DNA of 63,571 bases, the filler included, from Reticulomyxa filosa (lineage: Eukaryota; Protista; Foraminifera): NCBI GenBank assembly GCA_000512085.1. It is 15 parts of 15 records of this genome, joined end to end, with 100 filler letters (N's around TTAATTAATTAA, not from the genome) between each part and the next. Parts side by side here need not be neighbours in the genome. Positions count along the whole stretch, not along the records: positions 45,882 to 55,172 come from ASPP01023955.1; positions 55,273 to 57,666 come from ASPP01045933.1; positions 57,767 to 59,030 come from ASPP01007537.1; positions 59,131 to 61,005 come from ASPP01045920.1; positions 61,106 to 62,107 come from ASPP01019707.1; positions 62,208 to 63,571 come from ASPP01000314.1; 9 more parts are not named here. One strand, written 5' to 3'. Shown in pieces: positions 52,277-63,571 of this stretch (positions are counted from its first letter, which is position 1; each line of letters opens with the position of its first letter). A program made the translations under genes and the position numbers. Below the pieces are notes generated by a model, which did no database searches, was not told the DNA's origin, and was given only the letters and a program-made list of their open reading frames with translations.

Positions 52277-55172
52277 TTAAGTCTTGGAACATTTATCGCA
52301 AACACGTTGTGGCTTTTCAAAATTTTTAAGTAGTTTGTGAACAGTACATTTTCCGCAAAATGTGCCATTGCAACTTCGGCATTTATGTTGAGCTCTCCAA
52401 AACGTGAATGGCAATTGGCAGTCGGAGCAGGTTAGTGTCGATGGTTGAGTGTCATCTGTGGTTGACTTTTCAAAATAGTCACGCTGGCCACTCAAATCAT
52501 CATGTTTCAAAAAGAAGTCTGTGAATAGCAGCTGCAAACTGGCGGAAGTAATCATCGGCTTCAACATCTTTTTTTTTTATTTTTGTTAAAAAAAAAAAAA
52601 AAAAGGAGTTAATGATATATTTTCGAAACTTGAGCTGACAGGTCCGGATTGTAGTTTTCATTTGGTTCAATTGGCCACGACCATAACGAGATAGATTTCT
52701 GTGACACCTGCCGATCAATCCTTTCCTTTTCCGAGTTGAATAAAAAGTTACCGAACCAGTTGGATCCGTGATGATCAGCCAAACGAACCAAAAAAACTTC
52801 ATCGAATTCGAACTCGTTGGGAAACTGTTGCATTACTTGCCAAACACACTCCAGAAACTGTAGGAAAATGGGCGAGCACTCTTTAGGCTTATGAAGGACT
52901 CCATTACGATCCATAAAGCGATGTCCAAAAGCGAGCCACTCTTTTTCAATTAACACAATAAAGCCACGAATTGTCCGGTAAAAGGGATCGACCAATAGTT
53001 GCGACAATGCCGAAATTTGCGATGTTCGGTCCCATCCATCGGAGCAATGGATCACTGCAACAAAATTTTTCTTTCATCAAGTGTTTTTAATAAAGAAGAA
53101 GAAGAAGAAGAAGAATGTGTGATTGAGTTTCTTTAATAAAAACGCATACACAAAAACAAAGAAAAAAAGATTGTAACTGTTTCAACAATTCGCCTTGCAA
53201 CAAGAAGTGAACCACTTAATATATTCCTAATATGCGATGGCCACATGGTCTTTGAAATGGCAGAAGCCCAATTGGATTCATCGATATAACAATCAGTAAG
53301 TACTTGGCATAAGTCGTTAAATGACTTTGCACGGAATGGATATTTTCAACGTCCAAAAACAGAACTTTGGAGTTTGGATACCAACTTGATGACTCTGTTC
53401 CGTGTCCCTTTTTATTTGTTCATTTATTTTTTTTTTTTTTTTTTTTTTGTGATTGAAAATGACATATGTAATTTGAAAACTTAAACTTTTAATCGATTGG
53501 CATGCGCAGCACCTTTATGTCTCGCGTCGAAAAACACCAATTCAGCATTGGCGCCACAAGTGAGACGAATGGCTTCAAAGTACTCTTTGTCGGCGGTGGA
53601 TTCGCTGTCAAACACGCCACGTTTGGGTTGCGCACAGCGCACGATTGTGCTGCGAGTGAGATGATGGAAGTAAGACAGCACAGCCAATCTCGAACGCGAC
53701 CGAAATTTGGAGGCACTTTCGACTAACTCGTCCGAGACGGAGTTGGGTACGAAAAAAACAGACGGATAACTCGGACAGATCTCGTAATGCTTATTGCTAA
53801 GACAGGCCCTCCACTTTGCCGTTGGCACTTGTTGTCTCTGAAACTCGACATGCCAGTCCAACACATTCCAATTATTATCATCGTTGTTGTTGTTGTTGTT
53901 GTTGTTGTCAAAAACAGACGAAGATTGTTGTTATCGTTATTGTTGTCTTGATTTACGTTCAAATCGAGATGCCGTCGATACGCAAAGGCAAGTCGGCAGT
54001 GACTGGATCATTGATGAGATGATCGTGTATTCGTGTATACATCTCCATAAAGCAAACGCTTTTTTCAGTGTATTTATCGATGAGCACTCGGTCTTCCCAA
54101 GTTGGACTCGCCATCTCGCTTTTGTCTTGCAACGCCATATCTTTCAGTTTTCTGTAGAATTTGGACACCACTTTTTCTGTTTTGGCTATTTGTATACGTA
54201 GAAAGTAATAGTTCAAGGAAAGGGCAAGGAGAGGGTATCGACAGATACTATTGCTTATGTTTAAAGAATAATTGTCTATGCATTTTATTGCAACACACAT
54301 ATATTTAAAAAAATAAAAAGTATAAACAGTATTAACTTTCAGAATTTTGAGTGGACATCACAGGCGTGGTGGGAACAGGCCGCTCGATTGTTAGCTCGAT
54401 GATCCGAGCGTCTTTGCACACAATGCATAACTTGTCATCGACAATCGAGGATAGGCTTGCGGTAGGTGAAGAATAGCCTTTTCTGCTTGTGTCATCCCAC
54501 CCATCGGATCGAATTGGATTCGGCATTTTGTAAAAGGATATTTTACCTTTTTTCTGTTGCTTATGTTTCCGCTGTATCTTTTTTTTTTAAAAAAAAATAA
54601 AAATAAAAAGGGAATGCACATATGTATACATATACATATATATATATATGTATATATATGTATATATATGTATATATATATTAAATACTTATAAATAAAA
54701 ACCTACTGTTACAATACTCCCAAACATTAAAGTCATGAAAAATTGTTGGGGCTTGGATATGAACAGCAGTCGAAAATTGGTCAAGATGACATCGCCAATG
54801 AAATCGTGTTCGTTGACTCGCCAATGCGTCTGCAAGAGCAGAATTTCGATAGTTTCAGCTGCCACGGGATATTGCACGCATTGATTTGGAGTGATGGCGA
54901 CTTTCTTCCTTCCATCGTAATCGAGTGTCGATGACTGTGGCGATTGCGTTGGCGTGGTGTTGTTCCATCGATGTGGCGTTTCTTTTGAACTGCCATTTTC
55001 ACCCTGTCGTTTCTGTTTAGTTTTTTGATGCACTATTACTACTACGATCACTGCAAAAAAAAAATAAATAAATAAAAAATAGATAAATAAATGACCTGAA
55101 TATCTAACTGAATGAAAGGGTTACTTTTCACCGTCTGCTTGTTGCAATCAGGTGATGTTGTTGTTGTTGTTG
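52277..55172 (-). CDS. Myotubularin-family phosphoinositide 3-phosphatase with PH-GRAM-like region and C-terminal FYVE finger (MTMR3/4-like architecture); 5' truncated
   Basis: GDVILTNFRLLF, YEICPSYP, KFRSRSRLAVLSY, intact HCSDGWDRT, DPFYRTIRGF..EKEWLAFGH, C-terminal eight-Cys finger; frame break at 53326..53328. Confidence 0.93.
54620..54681. repeat. (TA)n/(TATG) intronic microsatellite; similar simple repeats at 45882 (TCTTCC), 53095 (GAA), 53884 (GTT), 57877 (GAAA) and 58987 (AAT/ATT)
   Basis: Directly visible in the sequence. Confidence 0.9.
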
Positions 55173-55489
55173 NNNNNNNNNNNNNNNNNNNNNNNNNNNN
55201 NNNNNNNNNNNNNNNNTTAATTAATTAANNNNNNNNNNNNNNNNNNNNNNNNNNNNNNNNNNNNNNNNNNNNTTACATGTTTTAAACCTTTTTTTGGAAT
55301 AGTAGAAAAATAAATTGTCAAAAAAGTATTATTATTTGTAAAGAAAAAAGTTATGAAAATAAAATTCGTATATCGTCCGATCTTTTGTGCTTTGGCTGGA
55401 AGAATACGTTCAATTGTTCACCAGTAATGAAATCCGAAAGATATATCCTTTGATCTGTCAATGCATAGCAAATGACCTTTTTACTATTT

Positions 55490-55741
55490 CCAATGATTTA
55501 ATTAGTTCCTTCTTGTCAAAATTACATATACAAATTTTACAATCAAATCCAAAACAAATGTATTGACTATACTCAAATATTGAGTAATCAATAGTACGTA
55601 CATATTCTTTACGTCCAGTAATGTATGTAACAATTTTGATGTTGATTTAAAAAAATCAAAATCTAGTGTAGATGACATATTGACTTTGGATTGCGATAGT
55701 TGATGATCGTAATGCTTTTCTTTTGTTATCATTATTTTCAT
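55490..55741 (-). pseudogene. Frameshifted WD40-family pseudogene
   Basis: SSTLDFDFFKSTSKLLHT matches the family lead-in FDxFRSSSKL; after a 1-nt frameshift it reads TGRKEYVRTIDYSIFEYSQYICFG, a degenerate first blade, then decays. Confidence 0.75.
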
Positions 55742-56475
55742 TTATTTCTTTTTTCTTTCAGTTTTTTGATATCATCTTTAAGGTATCCAATTTCTTTTTT
55801 ACTGTCCGAATACACTTTTTTTAATTATTCTTTTTTTTATATATATTTATTATTTATTTATTATAAAAACATAAAAGCAATTGCTAAACTATATCTTTAA
55901 TCAATGAAAAAAATTTCTTAATTGAAATTAATATCAAACATATTTATCCAATTGTCTATTTCATTGACAACTAATTGATTTGCATAAATTTTTTTTTCTT
56001 CAATAACGCTTTTGCATATGCGTATTTCTGTCAATGCCAATTTTAAATTATGTCCAACCAAAATTACAATCCTATGCTGTCAATGTATTATATCTTTTTT
56101 ACAAGTCATTCCATTTATAATTGATACAATTTTTATTTTTTTCCAATAGTATTATTTAATTGAGCAAATTCTTTAATCACTTTATCATCATAATCAATAA
56201 TTTTATTTAGCGTTTGTAGTTGTTCTGATAAAATTTTGCTTTCGTTTTATAATATATATAAACATGTAAGTATTTTTGATGACAAAATAATGTTGTTATA
56301 TTTTGTTAAACATATTCAAGTTGACCCAATAATTATTTTTCGACTGTTATTGATATGTGTGTAAATGAAAGCTGACGTTTTATCATAAAAACATCAAAAT
56401 TTGTTGTTGAAGCATATCTTGTTGTCTTCCTTTGGAGTGTTAGGACATGGTTATACATACAGTCACTATTGTAAA

Positions 56476-56670
56476 TTTTTTCTCGAAAATTTTCAAAAAT
56501 CAATAAAATATTCAAATTTTTTAAACAATTAGTAATGATTTAATAAAAACTAATTCAAAATGATATTTTTAAAAAAAAATTAGGTCTGAATGTTGTTTTT
56601 TCATGTAGAAAATCAATTATTTCTATAAGGTGCCGTTTTATGTGTCAACTTTACTTTGCATTCTACTGCA
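56476..56670 (+). repeat. Dispersed repeat family A, copy 3
   Basis: Overlaps both other copies in sequence. Confidence 0.8.
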
Positions 56671-57039
56671 TAATTGAGTATTTTCATTTTTCATCTAAAT
56701 CAATTAAGATTATAATAATTTCATAACAATTTGTAAACAGATCCTTAAAAGCACTTTCTTTTAATAAATTTGTTTTGAGAAAATAAAACTCAGGATCCAG
56801 GTAAACTAATTTGTCGAATCCTTAAAAGCAATTTTTTGTATTATTTGCAAAATAATTATTGTATATAAAAGCAAAATTGATGATACATAAAGTTTAATTA
56901 AAAAAAATGAAAATGAAAACAAATAAAATAGTCATTTTTTTCAATAAGGTCATTTTTTTATAAAAGTTGCTTTATTATTTTTTATGATAAAAAAAAATAC
57001 CTACAAAAAATAATATTAGTATATATACAAATTACACTA

Positions 57040-57420
57040 GGACCAAATTCAGTATTGACTGACGCTGCTTTTTATGACACTATATTGTCATTCACAAAGT
57101 TTCGTGAAGCAAGTATGTCAAGAGGCAATAAATTAGAAAATCCACTTGATAAGTTAAGTGCACACATGGAAACGCTTGCTGAAATAGAGAATATGCAAAA
57201 GATTTATTTATATATTCTTCTTTAAAGGTTATGCTTGCACTTGGTCCATTATGACTTGGACAGAATATTGATATTAAAACACTTGGTTCTGAATTAATCT
57301 GTCATCCAAAAGGTAAAACAACATCAGGTGGTGTTGTTTCTGGTATTTGGAATTTTATGAAATCAACAATTGGTTTTTTCATTGAAACAAACGAAGTTGT
57401 TGGTTCATTGATTTACCTAG
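57040..57420 (+). pseudogene. Coding-like remnant with in-frame stop
   Basis: GPNSVLTDAAFYDTILSFTKFREASMSRGNKLENPLDKLSAHMETLAEIENMQK...VMLALGPL*LGQNIDIKTLGSELICHPKG..GGVVSGIWNFMKS; family unknown. Confidence 0.3.
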
Positions 57421-57766
57421 CACAACTTAATAAATTTAAAAAAAGCTTTTATTTCAAAAAATTACATTTAACAATTTATATATTTTTTCATTATGGAAAT
57501 TTTCACTACGTCCCCAATGAAATTTTAAATTTGGTTTTCTAGGTACCCACTTGAACCAAAATTTTTCTACTTGGTCACTTGTGTTTTTTGCTTGTCATCA
57601 TTACTTTTGTGTGGCCACATACCACTTTCGCAACTTTCCAAGTAAAAAAATATTGAAAACAAAAAANNNNNNNNNNNNNNNNNNNNNNNNNNNNNNNNNN
57701 NNNNNNNNNNTTAATTAATTAANNNNNNNNNNNNNNNNNNNNNNNNNNNNNNNNNNNNNNNNNNNN

Positions 57767-57802
<36 letters not shown>

Positions 57803-59030
57803 AGAATAAGCACATATATACATATATATCCAAACTTATTAGCTTTTCAAACAAAGAAAACGAGAATGGGATAATGAAAGAAAGAAAGAAAGAAAGAAAA
57901 GGAAGGAAGGAAGGAAAAAAGGGGAGGGAAGAAGAAAAAAAAAAAAAAAAAAAAAAAACAAAAACTGGATTGTGTTTGTTTTGTTTTGATTGATTCAAGT
58001 GTCGCAAGTTTGTCATTTTTATATTGAAGGTCATGTTCCAAAGCTTTGATTTTTTCATCATGTTGCGCTGCAGTTTTGAGTTTTTGCTCGATTTGCTCCG
58101 TCATCAATTGTAATTTCTGCCGTTCTTTCGTCAGTTTTTGTTCTTTTTGTTCCACTGTACTTTCCAATTGAAAAAAAAAAAAAATAAGAGATGCACACAA
58201 ACAAATATATACACATATACATACACATACATATGCACATACATAATGTATATATAATATAGAAAGTAGTGTATTAAAACAAACATTGTAATTTTAATAA
58301 TTTCATATTATCAGAATCAATTTGTAGCTGATTTTGCTGAGTGGACAATCGAGCAACAGCTTCGTTCAATTCCGTTTCTCTTTGGCTGAGACGCTTTAAG
58401 CTTTCGGATAATTGTGTTTGTTGCTCCTTCAACTCTCTGCTTTCCTTATCTGCTGCGGTTTTGCTTTGTTTGAAGAGTTCCAACTTGGCATTGATGCTTT
58501 GTATTTTCTGCTTCAAAGCCTGTTTTTGTTTGTCCAGATCCTTTCGCGTCGTTTCATTTTCGGAGCGATCTTTGGCAATGCGGTCTTTTTCCATTTGCAA
58601 TTGCGCTTTGTCTTGTTCCAAAGTGGTCAATTGTTGTCGATAAGTGTCATTTTGGTTGCTGGTGATGCGTTTCCATTCCAACTCTTGTGTCGCCTTCATT
58701 TTTTCAAATTGCTGCTTTTCGGACCAGTGGAGGGCTTGGTCTTCTCCAGTTCTTCTTCTTTCTCCTTCAAGCCGTTTTCCTTCGCCGCATGTTTATCTTG
58801 CGTTTCTTGCAGCTGCTGTTGCCATTGCTTCATGTGCGCTTCCAATTTTTTCAGTTGCGCCAATTGGTTGTCATATTTCAGATTGTATTCCGTGCAATGT
58901 TGTTCAAAGTCTTTTTTTTTTTTTTCCAATTCTAACTTTTCTTGCTGTAACCATTCACTACAGACAAAACAAAACAAAACAAAACAAATAATAATAATAA
59001 TAATAATAATAATTATTATTATTATTATTA
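57767..59030 (-). CDS. Internal fragment of a long coiled-coil protein
   Basis: Q/E/K/L-rich heptad ORFs 58696..58977, 58274..58699 and 57847..58200, with microsatellite introns. Confidence 0.7.
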
Positions 59031-59130
59031 NNNNNNNNNNNNNNNNNNNNNNNNNNNNNNNNNNNNNNNNNNNNTTAATTAATTAANNNNNNNNNNNNNN
59101 NNNNNNNNNNNNNNNNNNNNNNNNNNNNNN

Positions 59131-60860
59131 GTGTATTTTTATACGCCAAAATGTACAAGTGTCGGCGTTCGTGACAAAGTTGGAGACAATGAAACAGTGA
59201 CTGGATTGACGCATATATAAAATGGTGACATCGTTGATTGTGTTTTACATGTCATTATTCACTTCTTGCACATCCACTTCAATACGTTCGCCTTATCTAA
59301 CCGCTTTTCATCTCGCAATCAAAAGAAGAAAAAAGATCAATCGTCGAAGTGAGTTTGGAATAAGTATGTACTTGATTGAATGCTTTTTTTTCTTTCTTGA
59401 ATAATATCCAGTTGATACTTTATTCCTGTGAAAATAGATTTGAGCAACAAAAATATTGTTCAAGTGAAAGAATTGATATTATTAACAAGTTGTCCAGAGC
59501 AAAATTGGTATATAATATGTATGCATTGCAGAATCTATCTTGGATAAATGGTCAAGGTTTGAATGGTGAATTGAAGCATTGAAACCTTATCCTCGGCTTG
59601 CAAATAATATTGGTACTATTTGTGAGCCACTCGATCTCCTTCGACAATACACTGCCTACATTCCATTATCTCCAAATTGTACACGCCCAGTCAATATATT
59701 AACACTGTCCAGCAAATAAGTGAATTGGAATCATGATTAGTAATCTTGGAATCTACCCCACCAATTGATCATTTGATATCCAATAGACAACTCAAAATTA
59801 CATTTCCAATCTCAAAATATTATACATACCACAAGTCATCATCAAAAATTACAAAGTCAATATGAATCAAATCTATGGACAGATGCTGCGCAATTATATC
59901 GTTGTCCGGCTTGGCGTTTTCTTGGTCTATCGCAATCACGGCTCAAAAGTGGATTGTTTATGTAAGTGCACAAATCAATAAATATAATACAACAGTTCAG
60001 GAAAGATAGCTTCATCAGAGCGTTAACGAATGTAAGTGCGATCGACAAAGAAAAGAGGAAAAGTTCAAATAAATGCATACTCTGTGGATAATTCCTTCAT
60101 GGCATGCAGTCCTGCTATTACCCGAATTCAAGACAGAAAATGCATACCACCAACTCCAGGACAATCAAAAGAATAGCATACAAAAAGACCAATCACGAAG
60201 GATAGCAGCTTTATCTGAAGGTATATGTTATTTTATTACATTTTCAGTTGTGAAATATCTTAACTAAAACAATGTGAGAATGTATAATTTAATTGTAGGT
60301 TTGTAATGAAAGAAAGAAGAAGAGGATAAAGAAAAAGAAGAAGAATATATTAAGGGAAAAAGAGCAAAAAAAGTAAGCAAAAATGTAGACCAGTAGTATT
60401 GTGGCATATGGATTATGACAGCTGACAATGAATCGTGAAAGAAATGTGAACTATTGAGAGAGATGAGAAGCAAGAGGATAACGTGAATAAAGAGTATGAC
60501 AAAAGAAATTCGTTTCACCAGCACTTTGAGTGGTTATATATGGTATGTATGGATTACTCGATTCACTTCAACTCGTCAATGCGCATAATTCGATCAAATA
60601 TTTGTTGCTTCCTTTAATGTGTATTAATATAATTATGCTGTATGACATCCAATATTGACACATCAAAGATGCACGAAAGTATTTCCAAGGTATAATTGAT
60701 ATATCTTTCGTGCTGACTTGGTGGAAAATATTACTGCGATTCAATTGATTGTTGGATTGTTTTTTCAATATAAAAAATCTGTTGCTATCATCAAATAAGA
60801 CTGGCATGAAATGGCTGCTTGGTTGATTCGAATGCATTCGCAAGAAAGTTAAAGTTAAAA
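59131..60860 (+). mobile_element. Possible degenerate RNase H-bearing non-LTR retrotransposon remnant
   Basis: Stop- and frameshift-ridden pieces in LINE order: SLLAHPL (post-RT-like), NLWTDAA (TDGS-like), HTLWIIPSWH (WIPSH-like), QLVNAHNSIKYL (RLRTGH-like). Confidence 0.3.
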
Positions 60861-61105
60861 ATACATTGATTCTTTTTATCTTTCTCTCTAAGCAATTTGA
60901 ATTAATTTGTTGTTTTTGTTTTTTTTTTTACAACAACTAGAATACGTTAAGTTCACAGGCTATACAAATGGTTGCAGTAATAACTAATGAATGATGGACT
61001 GTATTNNNNNNNNNNNNNNNNNNNNNNNNNNNNNNNNNNNNNNNNNNNNTTAATTAATTAANNNNNNNNNNNNNNNNNNNNNNNNNNNNNNNNNNNNNNN
61101 NNNNN

Positions 61106-62107
61106 AGATGAAGAAAGAAACAACAAACAAAACACTAAACGTAATCTTCCATGGTCGAAAACATTGGCCTCGGTGCAGACATGGATGGAAACGTTGGAGG
61201 CACACTTTTCTGGGTGTCATGTATTTCATCAGAATGACCTCTTGCTCCAATGGTCATTGGTGAAGGATCCCTCGGCACGAATGGGACAGAAGGCAAAACA
61301 TCAATTCGTGGAGTTCGACTTTGTCCTTCTTCGTTTGCTCTTCGTTTGGCCATGATTTCTGCAGACCTGATTGGAAGGCCTGCCGTTGGAGTTTTGCAGT
61401 GAGGGACGGGCCTTTTAGATTCGCGTTTCGGAGGTTGCGGAGTATGTCGTTTCGCTGGAAACGATGCTTGCTTCGCTTTTCGAGGCAATTTCCAAACTTG
61501 TGACACTGTCGGAGGAGGATGGTTTAAATCCACAGGCTGTGCTTTCAAACAAACAAATACTTTACAATACTTGAACATCCAAAGACTTTCTTTTTTTTTT
61601 TAACTTTATTAAATAGTGTACGTTTTTTTGGAACACTGGCAGAGTGTGTCCGAATAATATCATTAATATTTTTAGAGTACAAGCTTTCAGTCTTTGCAAA
61701 CTCTTTTTGTAACGTTTGTGTCACTTCCAAAGTGGTTAAGTTTGGTGTGATTTCGTTTACTTCCGTACGTGTGCTCTACAAATACATACACACACACACA
61801 CATATACATACATCTTTCTTATTGATAAAAAAAAAAAAAAGTTTTCTATTTTCTCTAAACTTGAGCAACAATTAATGCATTGTAGATAATATCAGATTGC
61901 ACTCCTTTAAGAAGTAAAAACATTTCAATTTGCTCCGGTCGCGCGCCAATGCGGAAACCTTTCCTGGACACAGCAATGGCAGCTTCAAATATTTGCTCGG
62001 TCTTTTGATTTGTGTTCGAAGAGATGCCAGTCGAAAACGCTGTGTTGCTTTTGTTGTGCGAACGATTGTGCGAAAGATTGTGCGAAAGATTGTGCGAAAG
62101 ATTGTGC
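61106..62107 (-). CDS. Internal fragment of a Pro-rich protein with a Pex14-N-like helical motif
   Basis: EQIFEAAIAVSRKGFRIGARPEQIEMFLLLKGVQSDIIYNAL, then spliced exons matching ORFs 61545..61730 and 61135..61578. Confidence 0.45.
62053..62107. repeat. 12-nt tandem repeat (gcgaaagattgt), about four copies; reads (HNLS)n on the minus strand
   Basis: Directly visible; ends at the contig break. Confidence 0.9.
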
Positions 62108-62899
62108 NNNNNNNNNNNNNNNNNNNNNNNNNNNNNNNNNNNNNNNNNNNNTTAATTAATTAANNNNNNNNNNNNNNNNNNNNNNNNNNNNNNNNNNNNN
62201 NNNNNNNTTTTGTTGCAAACTTGAACTGTGTACTGCAACTTGAAGCGTTGAAGTTTTGATTTCTTTATAACATTATCTGTTAACCCACTGCTGTCTGCTT
62301 TCGTTTTATAGCAATCTGTCTTGCACCATTCGTGTCGACATCAATATTATCATTCGACATTATTTTGGATTGTTGTCGATTATTTCTGGAATCATCCATG
62401 TCAATACTATGTCCAATTCCATTTCCAATGCCACCATGCATGCTGGCATTTGATAATTCACTAGAGTCAGACATGTTCTGAAGTGTAGTTACCCTCGGAG
62501 TTCTGCCAAACACAAAAGACTTGTATTTGCCTCGAGAATGCCAATTTCCCGAAAGCATCGAACACTCTTAAGGCTAAACAAGGATCGATACCCTCTCACA
62601 AGTCGCTCGTTGCCAGTAAAAGAGTTACTATCTCAGTTACCATGAGTTTGCACCACGGTACACTTAAAGCAACTGATGACAAGATACGCAGTAAGTTTTA
62701 AAGCATTTTCACCTCTCAAAGCACATACTAGATACTGAACCGACGACGAAACCCCCCAAAAAATAAACTGCAACAAAAAACGTTGCCAAAGGGTAGTAAA
62801 ATAGTTTACACTCCAGCCACAATCTCACAAAATCCAACTACTATAAAAAAATTTTTACTAGTTAAAATTTTCTGTTAGAATTTTCTTTCTTTCTTGGTC

Positions 62900-63030
62900 C
62901 GGAACTTTCTTGAACTAGACGACGTTTGAAATACTTTAATTTACTTTCAAAATCTCCTTCAAAACTTAAGAGATGTTGAAGTATCTTAACACTTCCAACC
63001 ACAATCTCTTTCAAAATACAACTTTTTAAG
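62900..63030 (+). repeat. Dispersed repeat family B, copy 2
   Basis: Shares gaactttcttg..acgacgtttgaaatact and agatgttgaagtatc with 12829..13180. Confidence 0.7.
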
Positions 63031-63571
63031 AAAAGTTAATATTAATGATGAAGTGGGTAAATATTAATTTTTATTTTTTTACTTGGATCATTCTTGTTCT
63101 GCATTTTGCTGTTTCTTGGTTGGATCTCTCATCATTGGAAGTGATTGGAAAATTATTGTATTGTCGATTTGAATTTTCCTTTAAATAAAGGAAGATTCAT
63201 TGAAAAAAGGGCCAAAAAGGCAGATTTATTGTAATCCAAGACCCCATCGGTCTTTACGCTAAAATCTGAGCGAAAAAATTTTATTTTCAGAAAAAAAACC
63301 CCTATATTATCATCATTAACGATCATCGTGAAAAATCGTCAAGATTATCTCGAGATCACTTCAAGTAAACTTAGAACAAGTAGATATATCGATATCTCAA
63401 AATCTTCAGAAAAGTCAAGCTGTTTCAACACAACAAGAACACTCAAGCCAAAGTCCGAAAATTTTTTTTACTAAAATTAATTTTTATATTGAGTAAAAAA
63501 TTTTTTTATGAATTCATTTTTGGGGGACTACAGTAGATTGAAAAAAAAACTGCCATACCTAAATGGCACTA

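Noticed and set aside
3519-62207. Recurrent TTAATTAATTAA flanked by Ns as a biological repeat or CRISPR-like array
   Set aside because: It is an artificial six-frame-stop linker; ORFs ending in XXX..LIN are artefacts, and gene neighbourhoods across linkers carry no meaning.
1-63571. tRNA, rRNA, CRISPR arrays, telomeric repeats, intact transposase or RT, prokaryotic operons
   Set aside because: None recognised by eye; tRNAscan-SE and Infernal would be needed to exclude small RNAs.

Overview
AT-rich, intron-containing eukaryotic nuclear DNA using the standard genetic code. It is not one locus: it is 15 contigs or fragments joined by 14 artificial 100-nt linkers (N44-TTAATTAATTAA-N44), so gene neighbourhoods across linkers are not evidence. 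The gene families (WD40 proteins with an 'IQIIIxHWIRxLxIKLGWI' exon, 42-aa TPR arrays, microsatellite-rich short introns) point by recognition, not by search, to the foraminiferan Reticulomyxa filosa or a relative. Well-supported genes: DNA primase small subunit, myotubularin-FYVE phosphatase, polycystin-1-like REJ/GPS receptor, uDENN protein, stand-alone FHA protein, class I SAM methyltransferase, DUF2817/M14-like peptidase homologue, DUF1757-like protein, FN3-repeat protein, TPR protein and four WD40 family members, plus dispersed repeats and decayed remnants. Most interesting: (1) introns fixed by conserved protein motifs that have poly-A instead of polypyrimidine before the 3' AG, with GTT/GTC donors; (2) a probable pseudo-peptidase; (3) a polycystin-like receptor with a non-canonical GPS site; (4) three -1 frame breaks at A-runs in one contig, most likely homopolymer errors; (5) WD40 and TPR repeat families that vary at predicted binding surfaces. 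I did not find a clear self-contained novel multi-gene system. Exon boundaries were inferred by eye.
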